Source of the DNA: the human T2T-CHM13v2.0 reference genome, Homo sapiens
Strand: one strand, 5' to 3'
Assembly: GCF_009914755.1 (NCBI RefSeq)
Contig: NC_060940.1
DNA length: 64,000 nucleotides
The stretch's first letter is position 1. Each line of letters begins with the position of its first letter. The notes beneath the pieces were generated by a model. It worked only from the letters and a program-made list of their open reading frames with translations, was not told the DNA's origin and did no database searches. Position numbers and translations under genes: made by a program. Positions 47,761 to 63,659 of this stretch are shown piece after piece.

Positions 47761-48522
47761 CTAGTGGCAGCACAGTCAAGTGTGGTGACAGTGTGCAGCA
47801 GCACAAAAGATGAGTCATTGAGCGGGCCACATTGTTTTCCTGAACCCAAACTCATCTGCCCTGGAATTGCGTTTAACCAGTGAGTGCATTTGTTACTTCA
47901 GAGGCCCCTCTGAGAAAGATGGATTTATTCTGCTTGGCAAATAGCCTTCCCCCATGTCCCCACACAGTGTATAACTCAGGGCTCCCTGTCATGGCCTGGG
48001 TGTGAGCCACAAGGCCTCCATCTTTCCCAGACATGGAACTGAATCACTGCATTGTAATTTCCCAGAGAGTATCTTCTTCCACTCCCTCTCATTGGTTGGT
48101 GTTAGGCAGAAGCAGTTTGCTGGTGTGGCAGGGAGATTGTCTGCTTTCTGAGGGGGAAACAGCACCAGGATTTTATAAGCTTCGTGCAGGTGTCTCTTCA
48201 AATATTACCGTTGGGAGTCCTATTTCTGTAATGATAGGGATACAGGTACAACTCCTAGAAACTGCCCAAATAAGAAAGTTCTAGAACATAATTATTTGAG
48301 GGTACAAAAGCTTCTTATTCTTTTGGGGAGGTAAAATTATATATATTTTCAGCAGGACATCCTATGCCAAAACTATGCAGCAAGAATTCACTCTCCGTGG
48401 CCACCCTTGTGAAAAGCATTCACAGCCATTCGTATTGATCAGTTTCTCTTAATTTCTTCTTCTCCTGTTTGTGTCTGCTTGGGGTGTGTGTGTGCACGCA
48501 CTCATGCACACTCATGTCTGCA

Positions 48523-49726
48523 TTTTTAAACAGCTTGTTTGTGTATTGGCCAATGTGGCACATCTAGTGACTTTCCCAGGATAGAATTAACATATTATGC
48601 AATTCACCCATTTAAAGTGTACAAGTTGTGCAACCATCAGCACAGTCAATATTAGAACATTTTCATCACTCTAAAAAGAAACTCTGTACCCATTAGCAGT
48701 CGCCCTCATTTCCTCCCAGTCCCTGTGACCCTAGGCAACCACTAATCTTTCTGTCTCTGTGGATTTGCCTATTCTGGACATTTCACATAAACAGCATCAT
48801 ATAACATGTGATCTTTTGCAACTGGCTTCTTTCATTTAGCATGGTTTCAGAGTTCACTCATGCTGGAGTATGGATTGGTGCTTCATTCCTTTTTATGGTT
48901 AAATAGCATTCCACTGGATGGCTATACCAACATTGCTTATCTATTCATCAGTTGATAAACATATGGGTTGTTTCCACTTTTGGCTATTATGAATAATGCT
49001 GCTATAAATATTTATGTACAAGTTTTTTTATGTGGACATATTTTTATTCATTTGGATATATATGTAGAAGTGGAATTTCTGGGTCATAAGGAAACTATGC
49101 TTAATTTTTTTAAATAACTGTCAAACTGCTTTTCAGAGGCATTATATTATTTTGCATTCCCATCAACATTGTATGAGGGTGACAATTTCTCCATATTCTT
49201 GCCAACGCTTGTTATTTTTCATTTTAAAAATTATAGCCATCCTAGCGGGTGCGAAGTAGCATCTTATTGTGGTTTTGATTTGCATTTCTCTGATGGCTAA
49301 TGTTGTTGGACATCTTTTTACATGTTTCCTGGCCATTTGTATGTTATCTTTGGAGAAATGTCTATTGAGATCGTTTGCCATTTTCACATTTGTTTGTCTT
49401 TTATTTCTGAGCTGTAGTAGTTCTTTCTGCATTCAAGATATGATTCCCTTATCAGATATATAACTTGCCAATATTTCCCTTCATTTTGTTGGTTATCTTT
49501 CTGCTTTCTTGGTGCTAGCATTTGCACACAAGTTTTGTATTTTGATCTATTTCTTCTCAGGTTTCTTGTGTTTTTGGTGTCTAAGAAGGCTTTCCTTGGC
49601 CCAAAGATTCTAAAGATTTTATAGTTTTAGCTCTTATCATTAAGTCTATGGTACATTCTGAGTTAATTTTTGCATATGGTGTGAAGGGATGCAACTTCAT
49701 TGTTTCATATGTGGTTATTCAGTTGG
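48523..49726 (-). mobile_element. L1MB7/8-like 3' region
   Basis: aattcacccatttaaagtgtaca...gatttgcctattctggacatttcac...gtggttttgatttgcatttctctgatgg; ORF2-like peptide at 49163-49432. Confidence 0.9.
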
Positions 49727-49736
49727 CTCTGTTTTT

Positions 49737-50054
<318 letters not shown>

Positions 50055-51238
50055 TCTCTGTTTTTAAAATAAAGAAATAGTTCCATGTCAGTTGGTAAAT
50101 AGCACTGCCCTGAGATCCACAAGTGTCCCCTCTTCTGCCCTGGCTCTTCCCTGGGACCTCCTGGAGATTCCCATGACTCATAAGCCAACCTGTCAATGCC
50201 AGGCACAGGAGAATGTCTCAGAACCTTGCCCCCTTGGTTCTGATTGCTGGTTGGTTGCTGGTTCTGATGCAGCTGAGGCCCCAGTCACTAAATATTTCCC
50301 ATGTCACATCTATGCATTGGTGTGTGTTAGGACACATTCTCAGGGTTGGAAATAGTCATAGCAATTCAGAGATACCCCAAAACTTGTCATTAATAATCAT
50401 TTATTCTATATTGTACGTTGATGGGGCATTGTTCGAGCAAAGACGAATGCCAGCTTTTCTGTAACTATCACACCAGTGAGGACTGGCACAAGAGTGTCAC
50501 GTGACCTGAAATGAGCTTAGCAGTTGCACAAAAGCCTCTGGGTCAAAGATCTCAGCAAATATTCCGCTGTAGTTTCTCCACAGATGAGCTTGTAGCCCAC
50601 CTTTTGTTCCCATCCCCTCTGAGGATCAGGGAGGTTAGTTTTGCCTAACACGGACTGGGCAGAGGAGAGCTGGGTGGGTTGCTCCTCTGCTTCTGTTTGG
50701 GGAAGACGGCCTGATTCTTCCATTGCAAAGTGACCATTCACAATTTTGCAGGATGGAAAGGGCTTCTCTCTTTCCAGAAAGGTTAGAGAGTCAAGCCAAC
50801 TTCCTTAGAAGCTTCTAGTTTGCAGATCCATCTTCCTTGGTGCCTGGGGCCTCTTATTCCCCAGCCGCAGCTCACTGGGCCACTGAGAAGGACTCTATCC
50901 GTCCCTCAGGACCAGCCCTACTTCCTCTAGCCTCTCTGTCCCTCCCCCACTGTCCCTGCTCAGTCCCCTCTGCTGCATTGTCTCGGTTCCACATTTCTGG
51001 GTAATTATATTTTTGGCAGTGGCCCTTGTGCGTGCTGTGGAGCAAGCAGTTGAGTCTGTGGTCTTTTCCCAAGTACTGTGTCCAGCAGGGCCATGCCATC
51101 CTGTTCTTCTGCTGTATTCCAGGACACAAAAGGTCAGGGGCACTGCCAGAAGAACAGAGCCTGGTGTGGAGACCTCTTGGCCTGATCGTTATGTAGGCAA
51201 AAAAGGAGCATCTTAGGAGAATCAGTGAGAGTATATAA

Positions 51239-51567
<329 letters not shown>

Positions 51568-53435
51568 GACAATTGTGACTTAATATTTGGGTAGGAGTCA
51601 GGAGGAGCTGGATCTATATTTAGGGCACTCAGTTGTGGCAAGGAGAGGATATAGGACAATTAAAAATAGAGGGACTGCTGTCTTCAAATCATACTCTCAT
51701 ACTGACCTCATATAGGAAAACACAATGCCAAGTCTGTCACATGGAAAAGCTGAACAAAGGACAACTCTTACCATCTTTCATAATTGCTAAATTTTATAAT
51801 TGTATATAAACAGTTACAATATTTGATAATTATTAGAATATTTTTACAAAATTATATTTTTTATGAGTGTAGTTGATGATTTATTCTTATTTTATGAAAT
51901 ATTTGCAAAGTGATTTTCGTAAAGACCTAAAAGACATCTTTAGGAAACACCTAACTTTATTGCTGAATTCTGAAGCAGCAATGCATTTGGTAAATATCTA
52001 TTGAGTACTTATTAATACTGGGTCCTGGGATGTACTCAGCACCACGATAGTCTCTCAGCCCCGAGATGCATGCCCCCGCAGCTCCGGTTCAAGTGTGAAT
52101 GAAGGACAGGGATGGAGGGTCAATGAAGAGAAGGGGGAATGTCAAGCTGGCTCTGGGCAAAGTATGAATCCCCCAGGAGTGTCCCATATCAATGCCATCC
52201 TTCTGCCCTTTGCCACACTCCATGCCATTGGGGTCTGGATTTGCCAACCATATGTGCCCAAGCTTCTTGAATCAGGGTACGGAGAGCTCTATGGTACCCA
52301 GCAGCATCCCAGCAGCTACCAAGGCCACAGGGTGAATATAGGCCCTGAATTAACCATTTTATTTGAAGATCTTTACAGGATAAACTACCTTTATAACAAG
52401 ACACACAGGAAAATATCATGGAGTGTGATGCAAACTCCTATATGTTTAAGATAAAAAGTGAGACCAAAAAGAACCTTTCTGCCAGTGAGGGGCTACTTTG
52501 TGTCTTACCTCAGATTCTTCAGGCCAGAAGTTCACCCACCCCTTTTCCTAGGGAAAGCTTGAGAAGTTGTGGCATCTTCCATGCCCATTTCCAATACAGG
52601 ATCAGATGGAGACTGCTAGGCCTGGAGGGCTTGAGAAGGGCTGAGAGGTAGTCCAACCTTGATTTCAGCCTGTGCTCAGTCCCAGCCCTGCAGACTGGCC
52701 TTTGGAAAAATGACTGATTGCTTTCCCTTCTTAACTCCTCCCAAACCTCTTCACAGATCTTCTTCCTCTAAATCTCCTGTACTCTCCTCCTTCAGTGATT
52801 GTGTCTGCCTGATCTACTCTCCCCCACCCCTTTTTATGATAGAATCACCCCTAGTTTCTCCAAGGAACTGCCACTTCCTGCCACTCCCTCTGGCCATTGT
52901 GGTTGGCCCAGTAATGAACACATGACCAAAGCTGAGCCAATCAGAAGTTTTCCTTGGGATTTTACGACTGAAACTAGGCAAGAGAAACCATTTCTTTCCC
53001 TTTGGATCAGCAACTCTCAGGCCACAGCCACTGGGTTAATGACGACTGTATACCTGCCACCTGAAGGAGTCTAAGAGAAGATCAGCACTGGGACAGAAGC
53101 CGAAATGAAAAAAGAAGGTACCAGTGCTTTCAAATCCCTGGATTGCTTCCTGCTTTACATTCAGTACCTAGCTCATAAGGTCTTTATAAGGATTAGGTGA
53201 GTTAAAACATGTGCTGAGCATGTAATATGTGCTCAGTAAATGTCAGATATTATTTTTCCACCTTTGTTTTCCTCAGCTACATGAACCAATAAAACCAACA
53301 AAACCATCCTTTTAAAAGGAGGGTTTGAATCAGGTTTCTGTCCTGGGCTCTTAGGCACCCTGTCTTTTGAAATTCCAGAAGTATGTTTTCCTAGAAAGGA
53401 AAGCAGGAACTAAATTAAGCTACATAGATTATCAG

Positions 53436-53949
53436 TGACAAGTAGCCAGCCTCCAAGATGGCCCCAATGACCCCTGCCTCTTGGCATTAGTGCCCTTGTC
53501 TAGTTTTCTCCCATATTGAATAGGGCTGATTTGTGTAACCACAGTAGGATATTGCAGAAATGACAGAATGAGACTTCCAAAGCTAGGTCATAAGAGACGC
53601 TGTGGCTTCTATCTTGTTCTCTCTTGGATCACTGGCTCTGCCATGTTGTGTGGACACTCAAGCAGCTCTGTGGAGAGGTCCACGTGGTAATGATCAGAAA
53701 CCTCCTTCCCACAACTGTGTGAGTGAGCCATCTTGGAAGTGGATGTCCCAGTCTCAGTCAAGCCTCCAGATGACTGTAACCCTGTGTGACATCATGACTG
53801 CCACCTCATGAGAAAGCCCAAGCCAGAACCACCCAGCTAAGCTGCTCCTGAATTTCTGAGGCACAGGAACTGTGAGATAATAAATGTTTGTTGTTTTATG
53901 CTACCAGGCTTTGGGATAATTGGTTATGCAGCAATGGATAATTGATACA
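53436..53949 (+). mobile_element. MLT1F-type solo LTR
   Basis: cagcctccaagatggccccaatgacccc...gaaccacccagctaagctgctcc...gcagcaatggataattgataca. Confidence 0.9.
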
Positions 53950-54590
53950 GTGCCTTAATGTGTAACTCCCACCAAAGCAGGTCAGTGCTTTGCACAGCAT
54001 CATTTGACTATTTTTTTTTTTTTTTTTTTTAGTAAACAGTCCTTTGTTAAATAATATCAACTATCACTTATGGAGCTTACTGATATGGTGTCTGTTGCTA
54101 TACTAAAGGCTTTGCATACATCATTGCCTCAGTGAAATTCTCCGTAGAAATCCCGTGTAACAGGTACTATTGCTGTGTTCATGGCAGTATAGTGATTTTT
54201 GTAATAGAGTCTTGGGAACCAGACTACCTGGGTTCAATTATGCCTCCTCCCATTTCCTGGGGCTGTGGCTTTGGGTGAATTATATCTCCCTGAGCCGCCG
54301 TTTCTCCAGCTGCAAAATGGAGGTAATTGTAGTACCTACCTCATAGGACCTTGTAAAGATTGGATACACTGCTATACGTGCTTAACACATACAAGCTACA
54401 CAATAAATGCTAGATATGATTATTTACAGAGGACAGCACTGAGGCTTAGTGTGGCTGAGCTAATTTGCTGAAGGTGCCTTAACTGGTAAGCAGTGGTGCT
54501 GGAATGTGGACTCCTGCATCTCAGTCTTTTGAGGTCAGTGCTGGCCACTAGAAACACAACATGTGCCATGTACGTCATTTAAAAATTTCT

Positions 54591-54870
54591 GGACGGGGGC
54601 TGTGGCTCATGCCTGTAATCCCAGCACTCTGAGATAACAAGGTGGGCAGCTCACCTGAGGTCAGGCATTTGAGACCAGCCTGGTCAACATGGTGAAACCC
54701 CATCTCTACTAAAAATACAAAAATTAGCCGGGTGTGGTGGCTCACACTTGTAATCCCAGCTACTCAAGAGGCTGAGGCAGGAGAATCACTTGAGAGAATC
54801 TTGGGAGGTGGAGGTTGCAGTGAGCTGAGATTGTGCCATTGTACTCCAGCCTGGGCAACAGAGTCTCAAA
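54591..54870 (+). mobile_element. AluS
   Basis: TSD aaaaatt(t)ct on both sides. Confidence 0.95.
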
Positions 54871-54930
54871 AAAAATTCTAATAATTGCATTTAAAAAGTA
54901 TAAAGACACAGATAAAATTAATTTAAATAA

Positions 54931-55566
54931 TAGTCAGTTCCAAACTTACGATGGTTCAACTTACGATTTTTTGGCTTCACAATGGTGCAAAACCATTGCA
55001 AGGTAATAATTTCTCAGGCTGGAAATATGCAGTATGAGAGATAGTCAATACTTTATTATAAAACAGGTGTTGTGGCCGGGCGTGTTGGCTCACGCTTGTA
55101 ATCCCAAGACAGGCAGATAACTTGATATCAGGAGTTTGAGACCAGCCTGGCCATCACGGTGAAACCCCATCTCTATTAAAAATATAAGAATTAGCCAGGC
55201 GTGGCGGTGCATGTCTGTAGTCCCAGCTACTCGGGAGGCTGAGGCAGGAGAATCGCTTGAACCTGGGAGGTGGAGGTTTGCAGCGAGCCAAGATCGTGCC
55301 ACTGCACTCCAGCCTGGGTAACGGAACGAGACTCTGTCTCAGAAATAAAATAAAATAAAATAAATAAATAAATAAAACAGACTTTGTGTTAGATGATTTT
55401 GCCTAACTGTAGGCAAACGCAAGCGTTCTGAGCATGTTGAAGGCAGGCTAGGCTGAGCTATGGTATTCGGTAGCCTAGGTATATTAAATGCATTTTTGAC
55501 TTATGACATTTTCAACTTATAATGCGTTTATTGGGTCATAACTCCATAGTAAGTTGAGGCGCATTG
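54931..55566 (-). mobile_element. MER47A (Tigger-derived), split by an Alu
   Basis: acttacgatggttcaacttacgatttttt...ggcaggctaggctgagctatg...catagtaagttgaggcgcattg followed by TA. Confidence 0.85.
55074..55371 (+). mobile_element. AluS with a left-arm deletion
   Basis: Degenerate TSD ataaaacagNNNttgt at 55058-55073 and 55372-55387. Confidence 0.93.
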
Positions 55567-56076
55567 TATATCTTATTTAACCCTGTATGTTCAAAATACT
55601 GTCATTTCAATATGTAAAAACACAAAATCATTGTGATGCTTTCCATTCTTTTTTCTTTTAATATCTGGAGCCTTTGAATTCCAGAGTGTATTTTGATGGC
55701 ACAGCTCGGTTAGGACCAGCTGCATTTCCAGTGCTCAGTAGCCATGTGTGGGCAGCGGCTGCCATGTTGGATGGCGCAGGTCCAGGGCCTTCCTCTTCCT
55801 CTTTCCCATTGTGCTGCAGGCCTCCTTTGTGTCTCCAGGCCCATGAATGCATAAATCCTTCCCCATCCCAAACTAGGCTAAGTCCTCTTCATCATGCACA
55901 CTTACAGCATCTTGTTCTTATCCCTCATATTCCAGCAAACACATTATTGCTGTTATTTTTATAAAACCACTTCCAGTAGACTGAAGGCACCAGGAAAGCA
56001 GGGACTTTGTTCACATGTTGTCTCCCTGTGTGATATTGTTGAATAAATGAATGAATGAATGAAAAGATGTGAATGA

Positions 56077-56391
<315 letters not shown>

Positions 56392-56957
56392 TCAAGGGCT
56401 CCTACCAGTTTCGTGCCTATCCAGGATGACCTTCCTTCCTTCCTTCTTTCTTTTCTTCCTTCCTCTCTCTTATTCTCTCTTTTCTTTTCTCTTCATGAGA
56501 CGTACCCAAGTTTAGTGGGGATCAGCTGTGATCTTCGATGCGTAAGAAATCGGCTGCTATTAATAAAGTCCTAAGTTTGTCTAATTAGGTCTCCTCCCTG
56601 TCACTATGCTGTGAAGTATCTGGAAGGCCATGTGGGCAGAGGCTATGGCTATGGAAAGCCCAGTGTTACTCACAGCCAATCATGAACATGTTTAAAGGCA
56701 GAGAAAGAGGCCGAATCCATCTTCCATCTTGGTGTAATCAGCCCCGGGTTGGTGCTTGGCTCCTTCCCCTTTGACCTCTCTCAGTCTTTCCTTTCCTGCC
56801 TCCCTCCTTGGTCTCCCCCACAGCATCCCAGCCCCATTCTGCATTTCCCATGGAAATCCAAGTCTCAGAGACTGTTCCAGCTCCATCCTGGTGGGGCCCC
56901 AGGTTTTACTGAGGAGTATCTAGACCAGTATTTCTCACCTTTTAATATGCAACACGC

Positions 56958-57249
56958 AGCAGGGCACAATGGCTCATTTCTGTAATCCCAGCACTTTTGG
57001 AGGCTGAGACTGGAAGATTGCTTGAGGCCAGTAGTTTGAGACCAGCCTGACCCCTTTTCTACAAAAAATTTAGAAAAAAAAATTAGCCAGGTATGGTGCT
57101 GTGTGCCTATAGTCCCAGCAACTCAGGAGGCTGAGGGGGGAGGATTGCTTGAGCTCAGGAGTTCCAGGCTGCAGTGAGTTATAATCATATCACTGCATTC
57201 CAGCCTGGGTGACAGAGCGAGACCCTATCTCAAAAAAAAAAAAAAAAAA
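56958..57249 (+). mobile_element. AluJ inside a MER5A-type element (~56925-57390)
   Basis: Alu dimer; downstream aaatgcaaattctgattgag...catttctaaccagttcccagg matches MER5A. Confidence 0.9.
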
Positions 57250-57570
57250 TAGCACTTGCATCACATAGATACTCCTAGGAAAATGCAAATTCTGATTGAG
57301 TGGACCTGGAAGGGGTCTGAGAATTCACATTTCTAACCAGTTCCCAGGCTGATGCTGTGGGTGCTGGTCCAGGGATCACACATCGAGGAGCGAAGATCTA
57401 GAAAGAAGGCAAGCCTTTTTCCTGCTAATGTGGATGGCCTCTCACAGCAAAACTTTGATGTGCAATTACCCCCAAAGCCTCCTTCCACCAGGAGTGAAGC
57501 TGAGAAGGAATCAAAGGAGTGGACAGAGATCTTCGTCCTGTCCTATACCTACTGAAAAAATAAATGAGAG

Positions 57571-58009
<439 letters not shown>

Positions 58010-58720
58010 TCATGCCCGTGAACATCAGGTAGGTCAAGTAGAGGGATAGCATGGGATTAAAGTGGGCTCACAGCTGCAGAACACTCCACTCCAAATCTTG
58101 ATGCATGAACTAGTGTAGATTCTAGCACAGACGAATGCATGCCTGTGCCTTCTGGAGTCAGAAAGGCCTGAATCAGTGCCAGCTCCACCCTTGATTGGCC
58201 ATGCTGAACAAGTGGCTGAGCTTGGATTTACCTACGTATAAAATGGGGACAATTACGCCTATGGCCTAGGGTGGTTGTTATAATTAATAAAAATAACATT
58301 TGCAATGTATTAGTTAATGATTATGCATGAGGCCAATCATTATGCCTGATGCATTGCTTTTGGCATGAATTCATTCACTTCATTTTCTCAGCAGCCTATG
58401 AGAAAGGTAATATAATTATTATTTCTGTTTTAGGAGGGAGCCAAGCTCAAAGAGGTGCAGTTGGTACCCCAAGGTCCCACAGTTAGAGAGTGATGGAGCT
58501 GGATTTGAACAAAGGCAGTCTGATTCCGGGGCCCATCTTCTGGAGCACCACACCTGAGGTGCATGTTCCTACACAGGTGCTTTGTGAGTATCTGTGGTGT
58601 CCAATGAGTGAGTCATTTTCAACTTTGCTGAGAGATCCAGGGAAGGTGGTTTGTTGCCTTTCTCTTTCTTTCTCTCTCCTCCCCCACATGCATTTTAGTT
58701 ATTTTAAAACAAACAAAATA

Positions 58721-59025
<305 letters not shown>

Positions 59026-59683
59026 TGAAACGGCCTCCACTCTGCGCAGGCCACTGGGGCCAAAGCCAGCTCCTGGAGGTGACAAGATTTCCTGTTGGTG
59101 TTTGTCCACAGATAACAAGCCATTCACCCTAAAGACAGGAAGGGAGGAAGGAAGGGGCAAACAAAAATATGGACAAAGAAAACTTTAAAGCCACTCTAAG
59201 AAATAGAAACAGAGGCCCCCGGACACCCAACAGTCCAGGCCAGCTCTCCCGCTCCATGGGCCTCACCAGCACTGAGGTGGACGCCATCTGGCTTCAGACA
59301 CTTTTCCTCAGCGTCCCAGCATCAAGCAAAGTGGGGCGGTGGAGAGAAATCAGTGGGGCTGGTTCACATGGAGCCTCCAGCTTCCATGCTCCAGTGATAA
59401 ATAATGTACCAAACCCAGAAAACCCCGCTATGTGGAGCCTGGGCCTCTTATTCCAGAGGTGTGAGGAAGGGAGACAAGCACTTCTGCTCAGTTTGTGGAG
59501 CTGTGGATTCTAGGGGCACAGCAGGGGCCTCGGGTGGCCAGACCAGTCCACTGCCAGCCTGTGGGCCAGCCAGGCTCCTGCGGGCCTCAGGCTTGACTAG
59601 GGTGCACCCACCATCCAGGCAGGAGGAGTCTGTCTCCTACTATTCTGAATCTATTTCTCCCCTCCTGGTCATCAAAGTCCTTT

Positions 59684-59686
<3 letters not shown>

Positions 59687-59730
<44 letters not shown>
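59687..59730. repeat. (AC)22 microsatellite
   Basis: Perfect dinucleotide run. Confidence 0.97.
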
Positions 59731-59733
<3 letters not shown>

Positions 59734-60665
59734 TAGTAGTAACATTTTAATCTATATGCATTTTTATCATCATTTAAAAGATTTTTTCACATTACCTCTG
59801 GAAACTCTTGCTATCTAATAAATATCAGGAAAAAAAGAGGAAAGGGAGAGGAGAGGAGAGAGAGACCAGCAAGAGGCAGGGCTCTGCTTTGTCAGGGAGA
59901 AGAAAATAAAGAGAAATCAGCCCAGCTTCAAAGGGCGCATTTCCATAATTGCCCTGTAACTTTGGCAAAATAAATCTGAGCGGCGGGGAAAAGCACAATC
60001 TCTCAGATGAGTGCACTCCAAAGGCCCTGGAGGGCTGCGGGCCCACTTGTTAGCGGCCTGGTGCAGTGAGAGAGTGCAGGCTCGCCTCCCAGTACAAAAG
60101 CCATGAAATCACAGCCTTCCCGTCCTGGCCGGCCAGGCCCCAGAGTGTGAACTTACCCTTCCTTTGTCTCCCTCCTGCACCCTGACACGGGACACACACA
60201 AACACACACACACGAGTGCACACACACACACACACACGGAAAATAAGCAAGTAAATAAATATACCCGTACAAGGCAAAAACCACACTAGTTAAGTTTTCA
60301 TCTGCTAGAATCTTCTAGTAACCTGCACCTGACATTAAGATTCAAGGAAGACAGGCCCCAGCTTTCCAGACACACATCTCGTTGGGGGTGACTCCCACTC
60401 TTTCACCCCAGAAGGTTTTGCCTCCAGCCGCTCCAGCCTTGGGCACCAGGCTGAGTTGAAACCCACTCTTTTCTTTTCCCCAGGCTCACACAATTTCCTG
60501 TTTGCTTTCTCTCTCACCTGACTTCCCCGTTCCAGGGCCAAAAGCTGTTAAAGAACAAAAACGCTCTGCTTAGCACCCTGTTTTAATGTTTCTCTCAACA
60601 AAGCTGTGGCTGTGGGAGAAAATACTTACTGTGGCTGCCTTAGACACCTCTCCCTGCGTCAGCTC

Positions 60666-60874
60666 TGTGTTTCTCAACCTCAGCACTACTGAAATTTGGG
60701 GCTGGATAACTCTTTGTAGTGGAGGATTTTTCTGCAGCACCCCTGACCACTACCTATGAGATGCCAATAGCACCTTTACCCTCGTTCTGATGATCAAAAA
60801 TTACTCCAGACATTGTCAGATGTCCCCAGGGAGGGGGCAAGGGAAAAACACAATTGCCTGGTTGAGGACAACTG
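60666..60874 (+). mobile_element. MER20 (hAT-Charlie)
   Basis: tttctcaacctcagcactactgaaatttggggctggataa...tccagacattgtcagatgtcccc...ggttgaggacaactg. Confidence 0.88.
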
Positions 60875-60886
60875 CTCCACTCTTAA

Positions 60887-61323
<437 letters not shown>

Positions 61324-63101
61324 AGGCATTTTTAATTGGTCAAGTTGGCTGGCTGAATCCAAGGACAGCAGCGAATTAGGATCAAGAGGCAGTATCCAGA
61401 GAGGTCAAAGGGCCCCCTCACCCCCAACGATTATCTTTGAACTCATAGTTCTTTCCTTTATGCCTAATCCTAGACAACACTGGATTTGGAAGAAAGCTTG
61501 GATAAATTCATCTAATCCAAACCCTCCATTGCACAGATGTCAAAAGTGGGCCTAGAGAGAGTATGAGACCTGCCCCCACTCAAGCTGGTGTTAGTTCATC
61601 ACAGACACAATTTTTACAAACAATTGTCCATTTTCACTCGAAGTGGGTGAAGGGTACCTGCAACCAGAAATTGTAGGATCCAGAGGACATTTCTAGAAGG
61701 ATACAAACAATTAGGCCCAAAGCAAGTCCCCGGCAAAAACTCCCAATAAAACTAAAACAGAAAATGTCTGACATCCAATTCTTACCCAAGCATTCAATCC
61801 CTATGGCCAACCTTGCAAAACTCAGGCAGTGGAGTCTCTGAGCCCGGCTGTCCTCAGTGTGCTCAGAGAACACCCACCTGGTAGGTGGGGACCCTGCCTT
61901 GTCCTCATTCCTCACCTGGGACAGGTGAGTGACTTCCGTTGCGCCTGCCCTCTGGTCCTTCCATGTTGTTTTCTAGGTAGACCCCACCTCCCCCTTCCTG
62001 TATTCCCCTAGAAAGAGATTCAATTGGAAACCATTAATATGCTGGTCCCAGAGGTGGACAATCACTTAGGGAGATAATTTCATTCTCCTCCGGCTCCCTG
62101 GCTCCGGGATGCTCCCCCGCTCCCCAGCTCCACGCAGATAATGAGGGAAGCAGTGCCACACTTTCCCTCCTCTGACCTAATTGATTATCCCCACACACCT
62201 TGGAGTGCTTTGCATAACCAGCCCCGACAGCAGGAACCCCTTCCAGGAGGAGTGATTGACATATTTTATTTCTAATTGAAGCTTAATCAGAACCAGGGAT
62301 GAGATTCCCATAGTCTCTCTCCTTCTCTCCTTCCTGGTTTCCCTTTAAGATTTTAAGGACAGACAATAAGGGATGGAGGCATTCCAGGGACCCCTGAGAG
62401 GAGGGAGATGAGGGGAGGGCTTAGGGAGGAGGTTCTGGGAGGAAGAGAAGAGATGGGAACTCAGTCAAGTGAAAGAGATGCCAAGAGGACTATCTCCTCT
62501 TCCCTCTTTCAGCTGAGAAGCTGAGATTCTTTTATTGTTGTTGTTTTGATTAGGTTATCTTATTGGGGTCAACTTAGGACCAGTTGAGGGCTCATGTGTT
62601 CTATGGGATAAGAGAAAATACGGATGCATGGGGACTGCTCCTAGGTTTATGCCAAGTCTCCTCTGGTACCTAAATATACTGCTTTATCAGTGGGGACAGA
62701 AGGTGGCTCATGCAAGGACCATTATCCCTGGGATGTGGCCTGAGAAGCTGACCTTACTTCACGGTCTCCACCAGAGAAAGACCTAGAGACCCACACTCAG
62801 GCATCTTCAAGCCCCGCCTGCTTCTCCATACCATCTGGCTGTGAGCAGATCCCCTGCCTCCTCTTGGGTGATGTTCAGTGTAGTGAGGCCACCTAACCTC
62901 TGCTGTCACCTCCCTCTCTGCTGTGCCCCTGCCTGGGAAGTTCCCCTCTCTTGCTTAGCTGAGCTGGAGTTGCAAAGGATCCTGGGATGCCTGAATGCAG
63001 ACACCTCACTTTTATGACTAATGAAAGGGGTGGAGTGGAATACTGCTGGGAGTTTAAGAAGCGAAATGGGAGATTCTGACATGTAATTTTAATAGTAAAA
63101 T

Positions 63102-63414
63102 GACCAGGTTCTGAGGATCAAGCCTGTAATCCCAGTGCTTTGGGAGGCTGAGGTGGGAGGATTGCTTGAGGCCAGGAGTTCAAGATCAGCCTGAGCAACA
63201 TAGAGAGACCCTGTCTCTAAAAAATAAAAAAAATAGCTGGGCGTGGTGGTGTGTGCCTGTAGTTCCGGTGAATAGAAGGCTGACACGGGAGGATCATTTG
63301 AGCCCAGAAGTTTGAAGTTGCAGTGAGCTATGATTGTACCAGCTGGGGCAACAGGCTGGGCAATACTCCAGCCTGGGCAGCAGAGTGAGATCCTGTCTCT
63401 AAATTAAAGAAAAA
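63102..63414 (+). mobile_element. AluJ
   Basis: Dimer with a small internal duplication; degenerate TSD aaKagtaaRat. Confidence 0.92.
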
Positions 63415-63494
63415 AAGAGTAAGATTGCTTCTGCCTACCTACCTCGTGTCAGCCCTGGACATGCTTCCTCTCAGCCTAAAAACTGCCCCCTTCG

Positions 63495-63650
63495 CCCTCA
63501 TTATTTCCATTTTGCAGATGAGGAGATAAGGGCTCAGAGAAGTGAATTGTCTGCCTCGGGTTTCACAGGGGGTAAGTGGGAGTAGAGTCGGTGCCACAGC
63601 TAAGCTTGTGAGGCGTGAGCTGTTGAGGTGTCGGAGTGCTCTCCTTGTAA
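63495..63650 (-). mobile_element. MIR
   Basis: ccattttgcagatgaggagataagggctcagagaagtgaatt. Confidence 0.8.
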
Positions 63651-63659
63651 AGTCATTCA

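Larger units (their letters stand above)
54536..55779. mobile_element. MER33 (hAT) hosting an Alu and MER47A
   Basis: Ends cagtgctggccactagaaa...gtagccatgtgtgggcagcggctgccatgttggatggcgcag. Confidence 0.8.
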
